This document shows, in pieces, positions 1 through 14,481 of a DNA stretch of 64,000 nt. Position numbers and translations under genes: made by a program. This DNA is from Lingula anatina. Taxonomy: Eukaryota > Animalia > Brachiopoda. The first letter of the stretch is position 1, and every line of letters starts with the position of its first letter. The stretch is from NCBI GenBank assembly GCA_051362555.1, contig CM120646.1:6944001-7008000 (forward strand). The letters are read 5' to 3'. The notes beneath the pieces are model-generated. The model made no database searches. It saw only the letters and a list, made by a program, of their open reading frames with translations, and was not told the origin of the DNA.

Positions 1-1300
1 ATTTTGTGCCACCATAATGAGAGAAAATTATCCCTCCGCCCCCCCCCCAAAAAAAAAAAAAAAAAAAAAAAAAAAAACGCAGCCTCAATTTTTTTAAAAG
101 GAAAAGGATCCAAGATGAAGACGTGTCTACTTATCTTTTATGGGACATGTTTCAAAGGTAACTTGAAGACTGAATATTGGTCAAAAGTAAAAAAGGGTCT
201 ACATTCATTAAGGTTGAATCGGGTAAGTTCATGAGTAATAAAGTAACTCTACCGTGAACGGGACTGTAGTGTCTTTTAATACAACAGGCGTGCTACTTCG
301 TTCAGGTGGGATCCTTGCAAAGAGAACAAAAATTTAAAGGTAAGATCAAATTTAGAGAAGAGTTATTTTGTGGACTCATCGCTGTGGGCCTACTGGATTA
401 TACAGAGCACATCAACACTGCGTTTTACATTTGATGCACTGCAACAAGCGAGTCTCAACCACGCTGCTCACCTAACACAGCTGATACTTTCTAATATAAA
501 ATAGTTTAGAGCTAAAAAACGACACCATCAACATACTAGATTCTATCTTGGACATAATAACGTTATTATGCCCAAGATTCTACTTTATATTCACTCAGGA
601 AAATGTAGCACATCTGCATATTTCGTAGAGAGGTAGGGCCTACTTACTGCATAATCAAGTTTATTGAAGCACGTAATTTTGTTGACTCATATTTCGAAGC
701 GCGAAATGTAACCAACAACAAATATTAGCTGTTGTAGTCTTCTACATGTATACGGCTTGTTTATTGATTTAGAAGCAATGTAGAAGCATCCAGGATAATC
801 TAACACGGACACACATAGCATATTGTCATGTATAGCTTACATATGAAAATTATAAGTCAGAAGATTAAGTCAATAATAATAAGGTGCAAAGAGAGTTGGT
901 ATTTAACACGTAATTTAACCTTTCTGATAAACGGATTAACATAGGCAAAATTACAAAATGTGTTCTGTCTCTGGTCAGATCTTAAAAAGATAACGAGAGA
1001 TAAGTAAAAAATAAATTTATTTAATATATAAATTAATATACAGTATGATTATACAATATCATTGGAACCCACTGCACTGTGACAAAGCGCCTCTATGAAA
1101 AAAAATTAATAACCATCACATGAGCGTGTCCACTCATAACATAAGAATTTAGAGCAGCATCGTCAGATAAGATAAACCTATCAATTCAAATTATATAATA
1201 TTATGAATGTATCACGTATGTATGTTTTTATCAACGTATCATGCCAGTCGATAAGATATCTCTCGTCTTTAACAAAGCATACAAACAGTAATAACTAAAA

Positions 1301-1334
<34 letters not shown>

Positions 1335-1949
1335 TATCCATATAAAATAGACCTCACTTGATGGTATCGATTGATCACAGGTGGTAAGTCTCTGTCAATG
1401 ACTCAATACATCAGCACGACATATCGCGTACATGGCTTAAATTCTATCACTATGGCAGGAATGTTATGAGCGTCAGGCGCAGTTGTTATCTCTGATTTTA
1501 GATATTGCCTTAAATTAAAGGTGTCCACCCCTTATATTACATTATTACTGTAATGTATTAATATAAAGAAAAAATACCAAGGATTTCGAAATGAAAAACA
1601 AATTTTGAAAAAAATAAACAATTAGACATATGAAGGACTAATCAGAGTCAGCAGTGTCTAACATGTAATGAAGAGCCTTTATTAGACCCATAAAACAGAC
1701 AACTTTATCAGGGCGTATAACTTTGGTGCACACAACAAATTTACAGCACGGTAATTGTGTGTGTTTTTGATGTAATGCCAACAGGAATCTAACGATATCA
1801 TTGAGTTTGACTGCCTTATCAGCACTGCTATATTCGTTCAGCTTTATATATCTGTATTTCCCAGGTCACTTCAGTGTTAAATTAGTCGCATATCTGGTCC
1901 CGCCATAACAACTAATACAAGTCAATGTTTGAGGAGTAAACATAAGACC

Positions 1950-2474
1950 ATGTCACGTGACGAGGCTACGAAGTACGGGACATTTGATGAGGAAGACCAA
2001 GGTTTGGATATGGAAAAGGGATTGGAAGCAGCAGGCGAGAAGACCGCAAACAGTCAGACGATTCTGTGTCACTGCAACGACGAAGATGGCGTAAAAAAGG
2101 AACAGCGACAAGACAGATCCCCACGCCTGAAGAAGCGACTTTTGTTGACGGAGTTCATTAGATTCATTGCTATAGTATTACCTATTGTTTTGACAATTTG
2201 GAGATACGGAGAGTTAGCAGGTTACCCAAGCTACATTCCGTCTTTGCCACATCAACATATTCAATACTGGGGAATATCGGTCGCCATTCTCGTTCTGGGA
2301 AGTGCTGTGATATACTTTCCGATAAAATGGCTGACCTTCAAATTTGCTTTCTTCCACGCCGCAAGAGTGGACCGAGGATGGTAAGGCAGAATATGGTGTT
2401 ATATCGTCGCGTGGTTATTTTGTTTTCTTCCTATTCTTCTTCTTCTTCTCACTTCTTCTTCTTCTTCTTCTTCT

Positions 2475-2531
<57 letters not shown>

Positions 2532-5418
2532 GTGTGTGTGTGTTTTACCCTGGGAAAAACTAGTGTGCAAAGGGCTCCTGCATAATATTACTGTTAGCTG
2601 GGTTAGTGTTGGGGTCAGGCGACATCTGTGAAACTGTCGATGAAAAACCTAGTTTCCCTCTCTGGCGTAAAATTACATTTGCAAACAACTAATTTTGCAG
2701 TCTAATGAAATATGCCTCGATTTATAAAATTAAATAGTCAAGATTAATAAAATTTGGGGTCGACCTATTTAGCCCACCAGTTTTGCACCCTTTTCTAACT
2801 ATGAGAAAATGCAATAGCAAGGCCCTACGCATTCGAAAGCATGCAGAGCCAATTAGCTTTTCTCACTGCCTATGTTACAGAACAAATCCCCCATAAATAT
2901 AGCTAACATTGTGAGTTTCAAATGGCGAAGTGGTCCTCAGGGTGCAAGCACATGATGTACACGCATAGACAGCGCCAATCTGATAGTCTTCTCGTGATGC
3001 ACTACTCTACAGTCTGTGCTGTGTATAAATATGCAGACAATATGAACAATGTCTTCGTGTATTAAAGCTGATAGCTATTGGTGAAAAATTATACATCATT
3101 TATTATAGAACTTTTTTTTTACTTATGAGGCGGAGCGTCTGAACTATATCTATCCCTTATCAGAGGGTCTTGATAACAAGACTGACGGTGTATTCGAGCT
3201 CCAAAATATTGATTTCCTAATACCATGTTAAGAGACAACGAAACACAGGCCCTTAGCCAGCAATTTCAAAAGGGGTTCTTTTTTTTCTGAAAAAGTGGAC
3301 CTTTTTCCATAAAAACTTCATGTTCCTAGATCAAATTTTACCCACAGTTGACTTTTTCCCAGCAAAAGGGGCGGTTCTTTCGAACCCCCCGAACCCCCCC
3401 TGGCTACAGGTCTGATTTAACCCCTTTTTTAACTGATACAGGCCCGTAGATGGGAAGTGAGGGGGGGGGGCAGGGATTCGAAAAAATTGCCATTTTGACG
3501 AGAAAAGGCCCGCTCTGAATCGAATTTTTTTTCTAGATTCTTATCTCTTATCTCATTGACATCAGGGGCGGATTTAGGCCGTCTTCTGGGTCTTCCGGAA
3601 GACGGTCAGATTTTCAAGTTTACATTGTCGGGCATCTAATGTTTTTTGTCGGAAGACGGTCAAAAATGGAGGATGGATCAACAAAGATAATTTGGAAGAC
3701 TGTCAGAAAATATCTCTGGATCCGCCCCTGATTGTGGCTCATTTAAGGGTAAAAAGGTCCGCGTTTTTTTTTTCCAGAACCCCCCTCCCCTTTTGAATTT
3801 GCTTGTAGCAGACCCGTGGTACAATGTACACACTAGTAGTGCATTGGAAGTGAGTGTTTCTACAAAATCAGGTCCATAGCCAGGGGGGTCAGGAATTCAA
3901 GTGGACTGCCCCTTTTGTCGGGAAAATTGATCTAGGTACACGAGAGATTCATGGCAAAGGGTCCTCCTTTTCATAAATAGACCCTCCCCCCCCCCCTTTG
4001 AAATTGTTTGCTACGGGCCAGAAAATGTACCCGAGGTGCGTGTGTGTTGTTTCCGTGTAGTGTAGATACTACAGCACTTGAACAATACTGATAACAACAT
4101 AATTGTTTTATGTAAGCATTTCTGTAATCATTAACGCGGCCAACCCAAATTGTCCAGATTGGAGGTCCAGTGTTACAAACAAAATCAAATCCAGAAACTC
4201 GTGGCGGTATACATGAACAGTACTCTATGAATTTCTTAAAGACAAGGATTGCGGGAGTGGAATTTTTTTTTTTTTTAAATAAAGCACTAAATATGTTCTA
4301 CCAAGCCATATAAATGAATAATATACATATTCATAGGTTTTACATTCTTTCAGGCGTCCTTCAATCGTGATCTACCTGCTAGTCTGTGCTTTGCCTTGCC
4401 TAGTTGTCAACCTCATTGGGACCAAGGTCAAGGTAAAGACTGTCACACAATGCTACATGTTTTACCAAATTTTGCAACGACGAGAATGTGTACACCGCAG
4501 TTTGTGGAATAAAACGGGTAACTAATGAGAACTGGGACAGCAAATTAATTGTTGGTGTATCTCGAACTGAACGCAGGCTTTCAGAATTCTGTTTAAATGT
4601 TTTCCATACTTTAAAAAGGTAAATAAAAATCGACCTACTTGTTTCCTTATATGATAAACAAGATAAATAAATAAACGGATAGAATAAGATAAGGCAGAAT
4701 GCACCTATGGGTAACCTAATAATTAATTTATATCACATTGAAATCGTTTCTACAGGTCGAAACGCCCATTGAACTAGACCCAAAAACGGCCATCACAATA
4801 CAAATCGTCGTATTCAACCTGGTGGTGACAGAGTGGATGGCAAAACTGAGAGAAGGGGAATTTAATTTTGACGTTATCACAGCGATGGGAAACGACCTAT
4901 TTACTGCTTATGACATCATAGAAATGTTTGTCCTGGCACATGACCTCCACGTGTTCCAATCTGATTGGGTGTATGTGCTGTTTGCCCTTTCCTTTGTGTC
5001 TATGTTCAAGTTCATCCCCGTGCCACCAGAATGCACGTGCGAAAGCATGGACGTTCCCCGAGCAAGAACTTATATTTTCTGTAATCTCCTTCTCCAGGAT
5101 GGGCCGTTTCTTGTCGTTAGAGTGGCAATAATGGCGAACTTTGGCATTATTCATGATCAAGACATGATCAGCGATTTAATCCACCCCATAAAAAGTTTTG
5201 CCTACGTCGTCATGTATTCCCTGCAGCTGTGGATGCTTCAGCATCGTCAGACTAGTCCCTTAGCCCGTGTGAAAAGCAAGGAAAAATGCACGACACATTC
5301 TGTGCGGCACCCGGGTAAACGTCAACCGGGTGCCGCCATACGGTATGACGCAAAACAGGAAATGACTTCGCAGGGGGAAAGAAATGGAATTCATATGACC
5401 GAAGTGGAGGAATTGTAG
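1950..5418 (+). CDS. TMEM26-family multi-pass membrane protein, copy 1 (exons 1950-2380, 4354-4432, 4756-5418; ~390 aa, intact)
   Basis: Three exons with GT-AG junctions (GATG|gtaagg, tttcag|GCGT, AAG|gtaaag, ctacag|GTC) join in frame. The protein has several hydrophobic helices and TMEM26-like motifs W-RPSIVIYL, TAYDIIEMF and LLQDGPFLVVR. An upstream acceptor (tttcccag at ~1864) implies a non-coding first exon. Confidence 0.8.
2435..2542. repeat. Compound (CTT)n(CT)n(GT)n microsatellite in intron 1; paralogous versions at ~9843-9922 and ~24176-24262
   Basis: Directly visible. Confidence 0.95.
3246..4021. mobile_element. Cluster of GC-rich CAGG...CCTG MITE-like inserts in intron 1 of copy 1
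   Basis: Ends such as caggcccttagccag...ctggctacaggtctg (3246-3415) and caggtccatagccagg...gctacgggcc (3869-4021). These extra segments are absent at the same intron position in copies 2 and 3. Confidence 0.6.
3563..3730 (+). mobile_element. MITE with CAGGGGCGGAT...ATCCGCCCCTG TIRs
   Basis: 11-bp perfect TIR. An inverted near-identical copy lies at 49136-49303 and a decayed copy at ~13830-13995. Confidence 0.85.
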
Positions 5419-5721
5419 CTAGAAAACTCTGAGGGGGTTTTGGTTAACCAGACTATTCCTACAGCGAGAACTGTTTTCGTTAAGATTTTTATGCAAAACA
5501 ATCGGGATATATGAGTAGGCTACATACTGCACCTAATCGACCAAAAGTAGGCCCACCAAATGTATGCAGCCGGTATATCGTATCAGCCGCTCACAAAGAC
5601 TAAAAATATTTTTGAGTAGTTAATTCCTAGATAATATACAGAATGTTGTGTATCTACTAAACGTGCAAAATCATCATTGTTACCGTTGTATGGTAACTAA
5701 AGGGTACGAACTACACTGCAA

Positions 5722-5998
5722 AGCTGAACAATATACAGACACCGTCAGTGAGAGAAAAAATCATCGCAGCAATGGGTTATATTTTAGGCAGCAAATCGGT
5801 CAAATGAACAGGCAAATGCCACATACTGTTTCAAATGCCAGGGCTGAACAATATACAGACACCTTCAGTGAGAGAAAATAAATGTCGCAGAATGGTTTAT
5901 TTTTTCGGCAGCAAAGCGAACAAATGAACAGACAAATGCCACATACTATTTCAAATGCCAGAGCTGAACAATAGGCCTATACAGACACCTTCAGTGAC

Positions 5999-6030
<32 letters not shown>

Positions 6031-6110
6031 CGCAGCATGGTTTATATTCAAGGCAGCAAAGCGGTCAAATGAACAGACATATACCACATACTATTACAAA
6101 TGTCAGAACT
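5722..6110. repeat. ~120-bp tandem repeat (about 3 units) 3' of copy 1
   Basis: gctgaacaata..tacagacacc..cagtga...aaatgccacatact recurs at 5722, 5843 and 5963. Copies 2 and 3 have a single unit. Confidence 0.8.
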
Positions 6111-7465
6111 GATAGAAGCAGCAACATTTAAACAGTACAAGGGATCCACATCTGGCAATAGTCAATTTTGTAAACTGGAAAACAAACAAACAAACACACA
6201 AACACGCACTCACGGATTATTCACGCAAGCTCGCAGGCACACACACATGCACACACACACACACACAACGCACACACACACCAGTAGATCTATTGAAATA
6301 ACGTTGGAGAAGTTTTAAACGATGCCTTCCTTTCATATGCTACATCATTTCAAAGCATCAACGGGGTGAAACATGAAGGACTAATGAATTAAGAACTCAT
6401 ACTTTTATTTCGTGACGCAAACGTTCAAAAAAAAGTTGTTACGTGTACCGCGCTACGAATTGCAATAATTCCCCAGCCAACACGGAACGTTACCATAATG
6501 ATAATGTAACGAAAAAAACGTACTGGTAAATTTATAATGACGCTCTGTGTTTGCTAGGTTTCTATATATTGATAATGAGCAAGCAGAGGTCACAACGAGT
6601 GAATCATTTTGAAATATTTTTTAAGCATAAGATGAACCCACGTTGTTAAAAAAATAAAGCTGTGAATTATTAATCAGTGGGTATTCAAGTTGTGTTATTG
6701 TCTACCTTTATGGTCTACCTTTATGGTCATTGCGCTGTTGCTTATCATTAATTATTCAATGATGAAAAAATCACCGTGAAGATTAGAAAAAAATTATTTA
6801 TTTACGTCTCTAAATAGGCCTACATATCAGAACAATATCTTGTTAGTTTTAATGATTTTAATCCATCAGTTTTGCAAGATGGTTAATATCACCTTTTTAG
6901 TATGAAATAGGTAGTGAATTAAAATGTTTGGTAATGTTTGGTGAATTCCACATGGGTAAATATTATGACCTGCGGCTGCTTTCATCTTAAAAATATAACA
7001 AAATGTAAGTGTCCAATTGGTTTAAGAGCAAGTAGCTTAAAGTGCCCAGGAGTTTGCATAGTGCATCAAACCCTAAAATCAAAACAACAAAAAGTTGCCT
7101 GTGTGCAATCAGAAAGGCATGAAACTCTTAAGTATGCCAAATTTAAACAGCATCCTTTACTGAGCAAAAATAGGGAAAGTTTCATTCCTTGTCTAAGCAG
7201 GGTTCTGTGCCATTTAGTGCCAATGGCCTTCTTTCGAACTTTTTCTGTCGACTGGCAGTGCGTCGACACTGTCAGAGCAGATTATTACGCAGGGCAAGGT
7301 CTTCCAGTTGAGTATTGTTATAAATCTTACTTAACATAATCATTTTGGTTTTGTGTTGTTAATTTAACTTGTATCATTTGATCTGTCCGTAAACGTAGCT
7401 ATTGAAATTTTGTTTAAAATCTGGGGGGAGGAGGGGGAGAATGGGAGCGATTTCAATAAAAAAAA

Positions 7466-8360
7466 GGCAGCAAAGCTGTCAAATGTACAGACAAAAAGCA
7501 GGAAATAACAAAATAGGCTACTGTCAATTCTGATGCAAAAGCACATTCAACATTCAACATTCAACATAAAACTGCAAATTCAACATCAAATTTTAATTAT
7601 GCTCAACAGGTAATACCAATGTAAGTAAAATGTGTAACAAGCAGAAGGCCTCAGGCCCATGGGAGTTCAAGTTCACACTTTGAAAATGTATAACTTCCAG
7701 AAAAAGAAGTCAATTAGACTGCTTTTCCAACTCCGGCTGCATTTTAGTCCTGCATTTCTTTTTTGAAAGTTTGGCAATCATAAGTAACGTGGTTTTCCCA
7801 TAATGGTCATCATGACAGCAGCACCCAAAATTGTGTTTTCTTCTATTCTGATGCAATATTAAATACTGTTTAACAGTATAATGACCATCAATTTTTAATA
7901 ATTAAATATTAGTATCATGAGTATTCAGAAAATGTGACTAGCAAAGGTCTTCAGGCCCATGGAACTTCAAAGTCACAACTTGAAAATGCCAAAATGTAAA
8001 CAAGACAGCACTTTTCTGATATGTTTTTTTTTTTTCATTTTTAACAATTTTTAACATAAAACAAAATTAACAGTTTACTGCCATTTTTATATGATTAACT
8101 AAAAAAAATAATGAGATGGGAAAAATATCAATAGAGCAGTGTTTTAAAATTTCCATTCTGAGATTCTGAACATAGTGAATGATTGAATCTGACAAACTGC
8201 AATGATATGAGTTTATTTCCATTTTTGAAACTTTATTACACAATACACGATAACAACTTTACCATCATTTTTACAAAATCAACTAATAATGTTGTAAAGA
8301 TACAGGAAATGTCAAACAAACACCTTTACGTATCTTTTTAATTAAATAATGAAACTGTTA
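7466..8360 (+). mobile_element. Truncated Helentron/HINE-like element at duplication junction 1 (matching piece at ~21473-22320)
   Basis: Starts with the same (aac)aaggcagcaaagctgtcaaatgtacagac end as the element at 13666 and is inserted in an A-run. It is absent at the equivalent site after copy 3 (~37585). Confidence 0.6.
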
Positions 8361-8513
8361 ACATAAGAATTTAGAGCAGCATCGTCAGATAAGATTAACC
8401 TATCAATTCAAATTATATAATATTATGAATGTATCACGTATGTATGTTTTTATCACAGTATCATGCCAGTCGATAAAATATCTCTCGTCTTTAACAAAGA
8501 ATACAAACAGTGA

Positions 8514-8552
<39 letters not shown>

Positions 8553-9356
8553 AATTATCCATATAAAATGGACCTCACTTGATGGTAGCGACATATCGCG
8601 TACATGGCTTACAGTCTATCACTATGGCAGGAAAGTTATGAGCGTCAGGCGCAGTTGTTATCTCTGATTTTAGATATTGCCTTAAATTAAAGGTGTCCAC
8701 CCCTTATATTACATTAATACTGTAATGTATTTATGTAAAGAAAAAATACCAAGAAAATTCTAAATGAAAAACATAACTTAAAAAAAAAAATACAATTAGA
8801 CATATATGAAGGACTAATCGGAGTCAGCAGTGTCTAATATCTAATGAAGAGCCTTTATTAGACCCATAAAACAGATAACTTTATCAGGGCGTATAACTTT
8901 GGTGCACACAACAAATTTACAGCACGGTAATTGTGTGTGTTTTTGATGTAATGCCAACAGGGATCAAACGATATCATTGAGTTTGACTGCCTTATCAGCA
9001 CTGCAATATTCGTTTAGCTTCATACATGTATATCTGTATTTCCCAGGTCACTTCAGTGTTAGATTAGTCGCATATTTGGTCCCGCCATAACAACTAATAC
9101 AAGTCAATGTTTGAGGAGTAAACATTAGACCATGTCACGTGACGAGGCACGGTAATTGTGTGTGTTTTTAATGTAATGCCAACAGGAATCAAACAGATAT
9201 CATTGAGTTTGACTGCCTTATCAGCACTGCAATATTCGTTTAGCTTTATACATGTATATCTGTATTTCCCAGGTCACTTCAGTGTTGGATTAATCGCATA
9301 TTTGGTCCCGCCATAACAACTAATACAAGTCAATGTTTGAGGAGTAAACATTAGAC

Positions 9357-9869
9357 ATGGTCACGTGACGAGGCTACGAAGTACGGGACATTTGATGAGT
9401 AAGACCAAAGTTTGGATATGGAAAAGGGATCGGAAGCAGCAGACTAGAAGACCGCAAACAGTCAGACGATTCTGTGTCACTGCAACGACGAAGATGGCGT
9501 AAAAAGGGAACAGCGACAAGACAGATCCCCACGCCTGAAGAAGAGACTTTTGTTGACGGAGTTCATTAGATTTATTGCTATAGTATTACCTATTGTCTTG
9601 ACAATTTGGAGATACGGAGAGTTAGCAGGTTACCCAAGCTACATTCCGTCTTTGCCACATCGACATGCTCAATACTGGGGGATATCGGTCGCCATTCTCG
9701 TTCTTGGAAGTGCTGTGATATACTTTCCAATAAAATGGCTGACCTTCAAATTTGCTTTCTTCCACTCAGCAAGAGTGGACCGAGGATGGTAAGGCAGATT
9801 ATGGTGTTGTATCGTCATGCGGTTCTCTTGTTTTCTTTCTTTTCTTCTTCTTCTTCTTCTTCTTCTTCT

Positions 9870-9912
<43 letters not shown>

Positions 9913-12642
9913 GTGTGTGTGTGTCTTTGTGTCTGTGTTTTTTTCTTTGGGAGAAACTAGTGTAGAAAGGGCTCCTGCATAATATTACAGTTAGCTGGGT
10001 AAGAGTTGGGGTCAGGCGACATCTGTGAAACTGTCGATGAAAAACCCAGTCTTCTCTCTCTGGTTTAAAATTGAATTAGCAAACAAGTAATTTGAATGAA
10101 ATACGCCTTGATTAATAAAATTGAATTGTCAAATTAATAAAGTTTAGGGTCGACCTATTTAGCCCACCAGTTTTGCACCCTTTTCTAAGTATGAAGAAAT
10201 GCAATAGCAAGGCCCTACGCATTCGAAAGCATGTCCAGCCAATTAGCTTTTCCCACTGCCTACGTTAAAGAACAAAACACCATAAATATATCTTACATTG
10301 CGAGTTTCAAATGACGCAGTGGTCCTCAGGGTGCAAGCACATGATGTACACGCACAGACAGCGCCAATCTGATAGACTTCTCGTGATGCACTACAGTACA
10401 GTCTATGCTGTGTATAAATATGGAGACAATATGAACAATGTTTTCGCGTAATAAAGCTGATAGCTATTGGTAAAAATTATAAATCATTTATTATCGAACT
10501 ATTTTTTTTACTTACGATCTATATCTTATCAGAGGGCCTTGATAACAAGACTGATGGGTGTATTCGAGCACCAAAATATTGATTTCCTACTACAATTTTA
10601 TAAGAGACAGAGAAATTGCAACTGATACAGACCCGAAGTTTGGAAGCGGTGGGGCATCGATTTGAAAGAATTGCTATTTTAATGAGAAAAGACCCGCTCT
10701 GAGTCAAAAATTTCTGTCTTACCTCATTGTGGCTCATTTTAGAGGGTAAAAAGGTCCGCGATTTTTTTTTACTCCCCTCCCCTTTGAAATGCTTGTTACG
10801 GGCCTGAAAATGTACCTGTGGTGTGTGTGTGTATGTGTGTTGTTTCCGTATAATGTAGATACAACAGCATGCAAAATATACAGATAACAACCGAATAGCT
10901 TCATGTAGTCATTTCTGTAATCATTAACTCGGCCCACCCAAATTGTCCAGATTAGAAGTCCAGTGTTATAAACAAAATTTAATCCAGAAACTCGTGGTGG
11001 TATATAGCATTGGTCCACTCACGACTGTTTACTCATTGAATTTCTTAAAGAGACACGGATTGCGGGAGTGAAAGTATGTTTTAATAAATCACTAATAATA
11101 ATCACTATGTTCCACCAAGCCATACAATGTATAAATGAATAATATACATAGTCATAGGTTTTACGTTCTTTCAGGCGGCCTTCAATCGTGATCTACCTGC
11201 TAGTCTGTGCTTTGCCTTGTCTAGTTGTCAACCTTATTGGGACCAAGGTCAAGGTAAAAACTGTCACACATTGCTTAATATTTTACCAAGTTTTGCGATG
11301 AAGAGAATGTGTACAGTTATAACACCGCAGTTTTGGGGAATAAAACGGGTAACTAATGAGAACTGGGAAAGCAAATTGTTGGTGTATTTCGAACTTAACG
11401 CAGGTTTTAAGAATTCTGTTTAAATGTTGTCCGTACTTTTAAAAGGTAAATAAAAATCGGCCTACTTGTTTCCTTATATGATAAACAACATAAACAAACA
11501 AACGGATAGAATAAGATAAGGCAGAATGCACCTGTGGGTAACCTAATAATTAATTTATATCACATTTAAATCGTTTCTACCCAAAAACGGCCATCACAAT
11601 ACAAATCGAGCACACGAACGAAACGTAGTGCCTCGATATGAAGCTAGACAACTTTTGCATTTTTAATCTCCAAATACGAAAAAAATCAATTAAGCTAATA
11701 AATAGGCTAACGTTACGAACGTATTATATCGTTTGTTTTATATTAATTATTATTTAAGATCAAAATAATAAACAAGTCGCATTTCCATGTACTCCATGCT
11801 ATGGCCTTTATATAAAAATAGCAATTTTTACGAGATTACAAATTGTATCGCATTCACTTTTAACAACATAAAATCAATAGAACATTTATAATATAAACTT
11901 TCAAAAAGACACCAGAGAGCTAATGAAATAAAATCAACCAGACGGTAAATCCGGCAGGCTTTGTCAATTTCACCAACTTGTTCATTTCAAACAGCGCACT
12001 TTTCGCACATGCGCAGTTGTTTGAAGCCTGTGCTTACAAATCGATACAATACAAATCGTCGTATTCAACCTGGTGGTGACTGAGTGGATGGCGAAACTGA
12101 GAGAGGGGGAATTTAATTTTGACGTCATCACAGCGATGGGAAACGACCTATTCACTGCGTATGACATCATAGAAATGTTTGTTCTGGCACATGACCCCCA
12201 CGTGTTCAAATCTAATTGGGTGTATGTGCTATTTGCCCTTTCCTTTGTGTCTATGTTCAAGTTCATTCCCGTGCCACCAGAATGCACGTGCGAAAGCATG
12301 GACGTTCCCCGAGCAAGAACTTATATATTCTGTAATCTCCTTCTCCAGGATGGTCCGTTTCTTGTAGTTAGAGTGGCAATAATGGCGAACTTTGGCATTA
12401 TTCACGAACAAAACTTTTGCATAAGTGAACAAAACATGATCAGCGATTTAATCCACCCCATAAAAAGTTTTGCCTACGTCGTCATGTATTCCCTGCAGCT
12501 GTGGATGCTTCAGCATCGTCAGACTAGTCCCTTAGCCCGTGTAAAAAGCAAGGAAAAATGCACCACACATTCTGTGCGGCACCCGGGTAAACGTCAACCG
12601 GGTGACGCCATACGGTATAACGCAAAACAGGAAATGACTTAG
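9357..12642 (+). pseudogene. TMEM26-like copy 2, pseudogene (exon remnants ~9357-9788, 11175-11253, ~11581-12642)
   Basis: Near-identical to copies 1 and 3, but the ATG is out of frame (ATG GTC ACG TGA) and there are in-frame stops TAA 9400 and TAG 9445. The exon 3 acceptor and first codons are deleted at ~11580, a 426-bp insertion sits in exon 3, and there is a premature TAG at 12640. Confidence 0.88.
11609..12034. mobile_element. 426-bp non-autonomous DNA transposon in exon 3 of copy 2
   Basis: Termini AGCACA...TGTGCT flanked by the 9-bp direct repeat TACAAATCG (11600-11608, 12035-12043). Empty site in copies 1 and 3. Confidence 0.85.
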
Positions 12643-13405
12643 CAGGGGGAAAGTAATGGCATTGAGACAATCGAAGTGGAGGAATTATAGCTAGGGAACT
12701 CTAGGGACGTTTGGTTAACAAGACTTTTCTTATAAAGAGGACTTAATGCAAAAAGAAAAGAAAAAACAGGATACATGAGTGCATACTGGACCTACACGCA
12801 ATCGACCAAATAGACCAAATGTACCCGGCATGTCATATCAGCAGCTCACAAATACTAAAAATATTTTTAAGTAGTTAATTATTTCATAATATAGCATGCT
12901 GCGTATTTAACTAAACGTGCATTGTAACCATTGTATGAAAACTAAAGGGTGCGAACTACTCAGCAAAGCTGGATAATATACAGACATCTTCAGGTTTATA
13001 GGGGCCTATTCAGCAAAGCGGACAAATGAACAGACAAATACCACATAGGCCCCTACTATTAGGCCAGCAAATGGCAGAGCTGATAGAAGCAGCAACTGTT
13101 AAACAGTAAATCATATCCACATCTGGGAATATTCATTTTGTAAAACTGAAAACAAACAAACAAACACACAAACACGCACTCATGTAGTCACGCACCCAAG
13201 CTCGTAGGCACGCACACGCACACACACACACACACCAATTTCACGCTCCACCAGTTCCAGTTCCTAGATCTATATTGGAATGACGTTGGAGAAGTTTAAA
13301 ACGATGCTTTCCTTTCATATGCTACATCAATACAAAGCATTCAACGGTGGCGAACCATAAAGGACGTATGAATTAAGAACTCATAGGCCTACTTCTATTT
13401 CGTGA

Positions 13406-13453
<48 letters not shown>

Positions 13454-14236
13454 AGTTATTATGAGTACAGCGATACGAATTGCAATATCTTCCCAGCCAA
13501 CACAGAACACTACCATAACGTTAATCTAACGGGAAAAAACGTACTGGTAACGCTATAATAACGATCTGTGTTTGCTAGGTTTCTATATATTGATAATGAG
13601 CACGTAGCGGTCACGAGTAATCATTTTAGAAGATCTTTTAGCATAAAATGAACCCACGTTGTTAAAACAAGGCAGCAAAGCTGTCAAATGTACAGACAAA
13701 AAACAGAAAATAAAGATGCAAAAAAGGTCATTTTGTCAATTTTGATGCAATAATAAATAATGCTTATAATAGCACTATCAGTCACCACTGAATTTTAATC
13801 ATGCACAACAGGTAAAATGGTCAATAACATGAGCGGACCCAGAAATATTCTCTGACAATATTCCAAAGTATCTATTTTGATCCATCCTCCATTTTGATGG
13901 TCTTCCAACAGAAGAAAAAATAGATACCAGGCAATATAAACTTAATAACCTGACTGTCTTCCGGAAGTCCCAGAAGATGGTCTCAATCTACCCTTTCAAC
14001 AAAATTACAGTTTCAGGACAATGAGAGTTCAAATTCACATGATGAAAGTCTCAATATTTGAAAAATGATGACAGTGCATAAAATAATATTACATAAGTAA
14101 CATAATGTTTAAAGACATAAAAAAACAATACAACTGCTTATGTGGAAATACAGAAATGTCAGAGTCTCAGGGGGATGAGAGTTAAAAGTCACAAATGCAA
14201 GTCTTTGAGAAAAAATTATAAAGGAAAACATAACAA

Positions 14237-14375
14237 AACTAGAAAAGCACTCCGAGAGTCCTCTTTGGCCCACTTCTGACAGTTCCTGAAAATTTCAGCA
14301 AAATCGGTCCATTACTTTTTGAGTTATGTTGATGACAAACAAGGGTGAAAATATAACCTCCTTGGCAGAGGTAAA
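14237..14375 (+). mobile_element. Small nested HINE/MER6-like element
   Basis: AACTAGAAAAGCACTCCGAGAG start and terminal hairpin ACCTC-CTTGGCA-GAGGT (14356-14372). Confidence 0.5.
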
Positions 14376-14420
14376 TATAATTCCAATGAAGCTGCTATTC
14401 AAACTTTTAATCTTTCAGTT

Positions 14421-14481
<61 letters not shown>

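Noticed and set aside
4-234. Poly-Lys ORF at the window start
   Set aside because: Arises from C/A homopolymer runs
2198-2563. Low-complexity ORFs (poly S/F/L/CV), also at 9606, 24152 and 37474
   Set aside because: Translations of microsatellites or alternative frames
6938-7339. 133-aa ORF (92-aa twin at 37054)
   Set aside because: Lies in the duplicated 3' flank, starts at a non-ATG codon, is truncated in the paralog and has no homology cues
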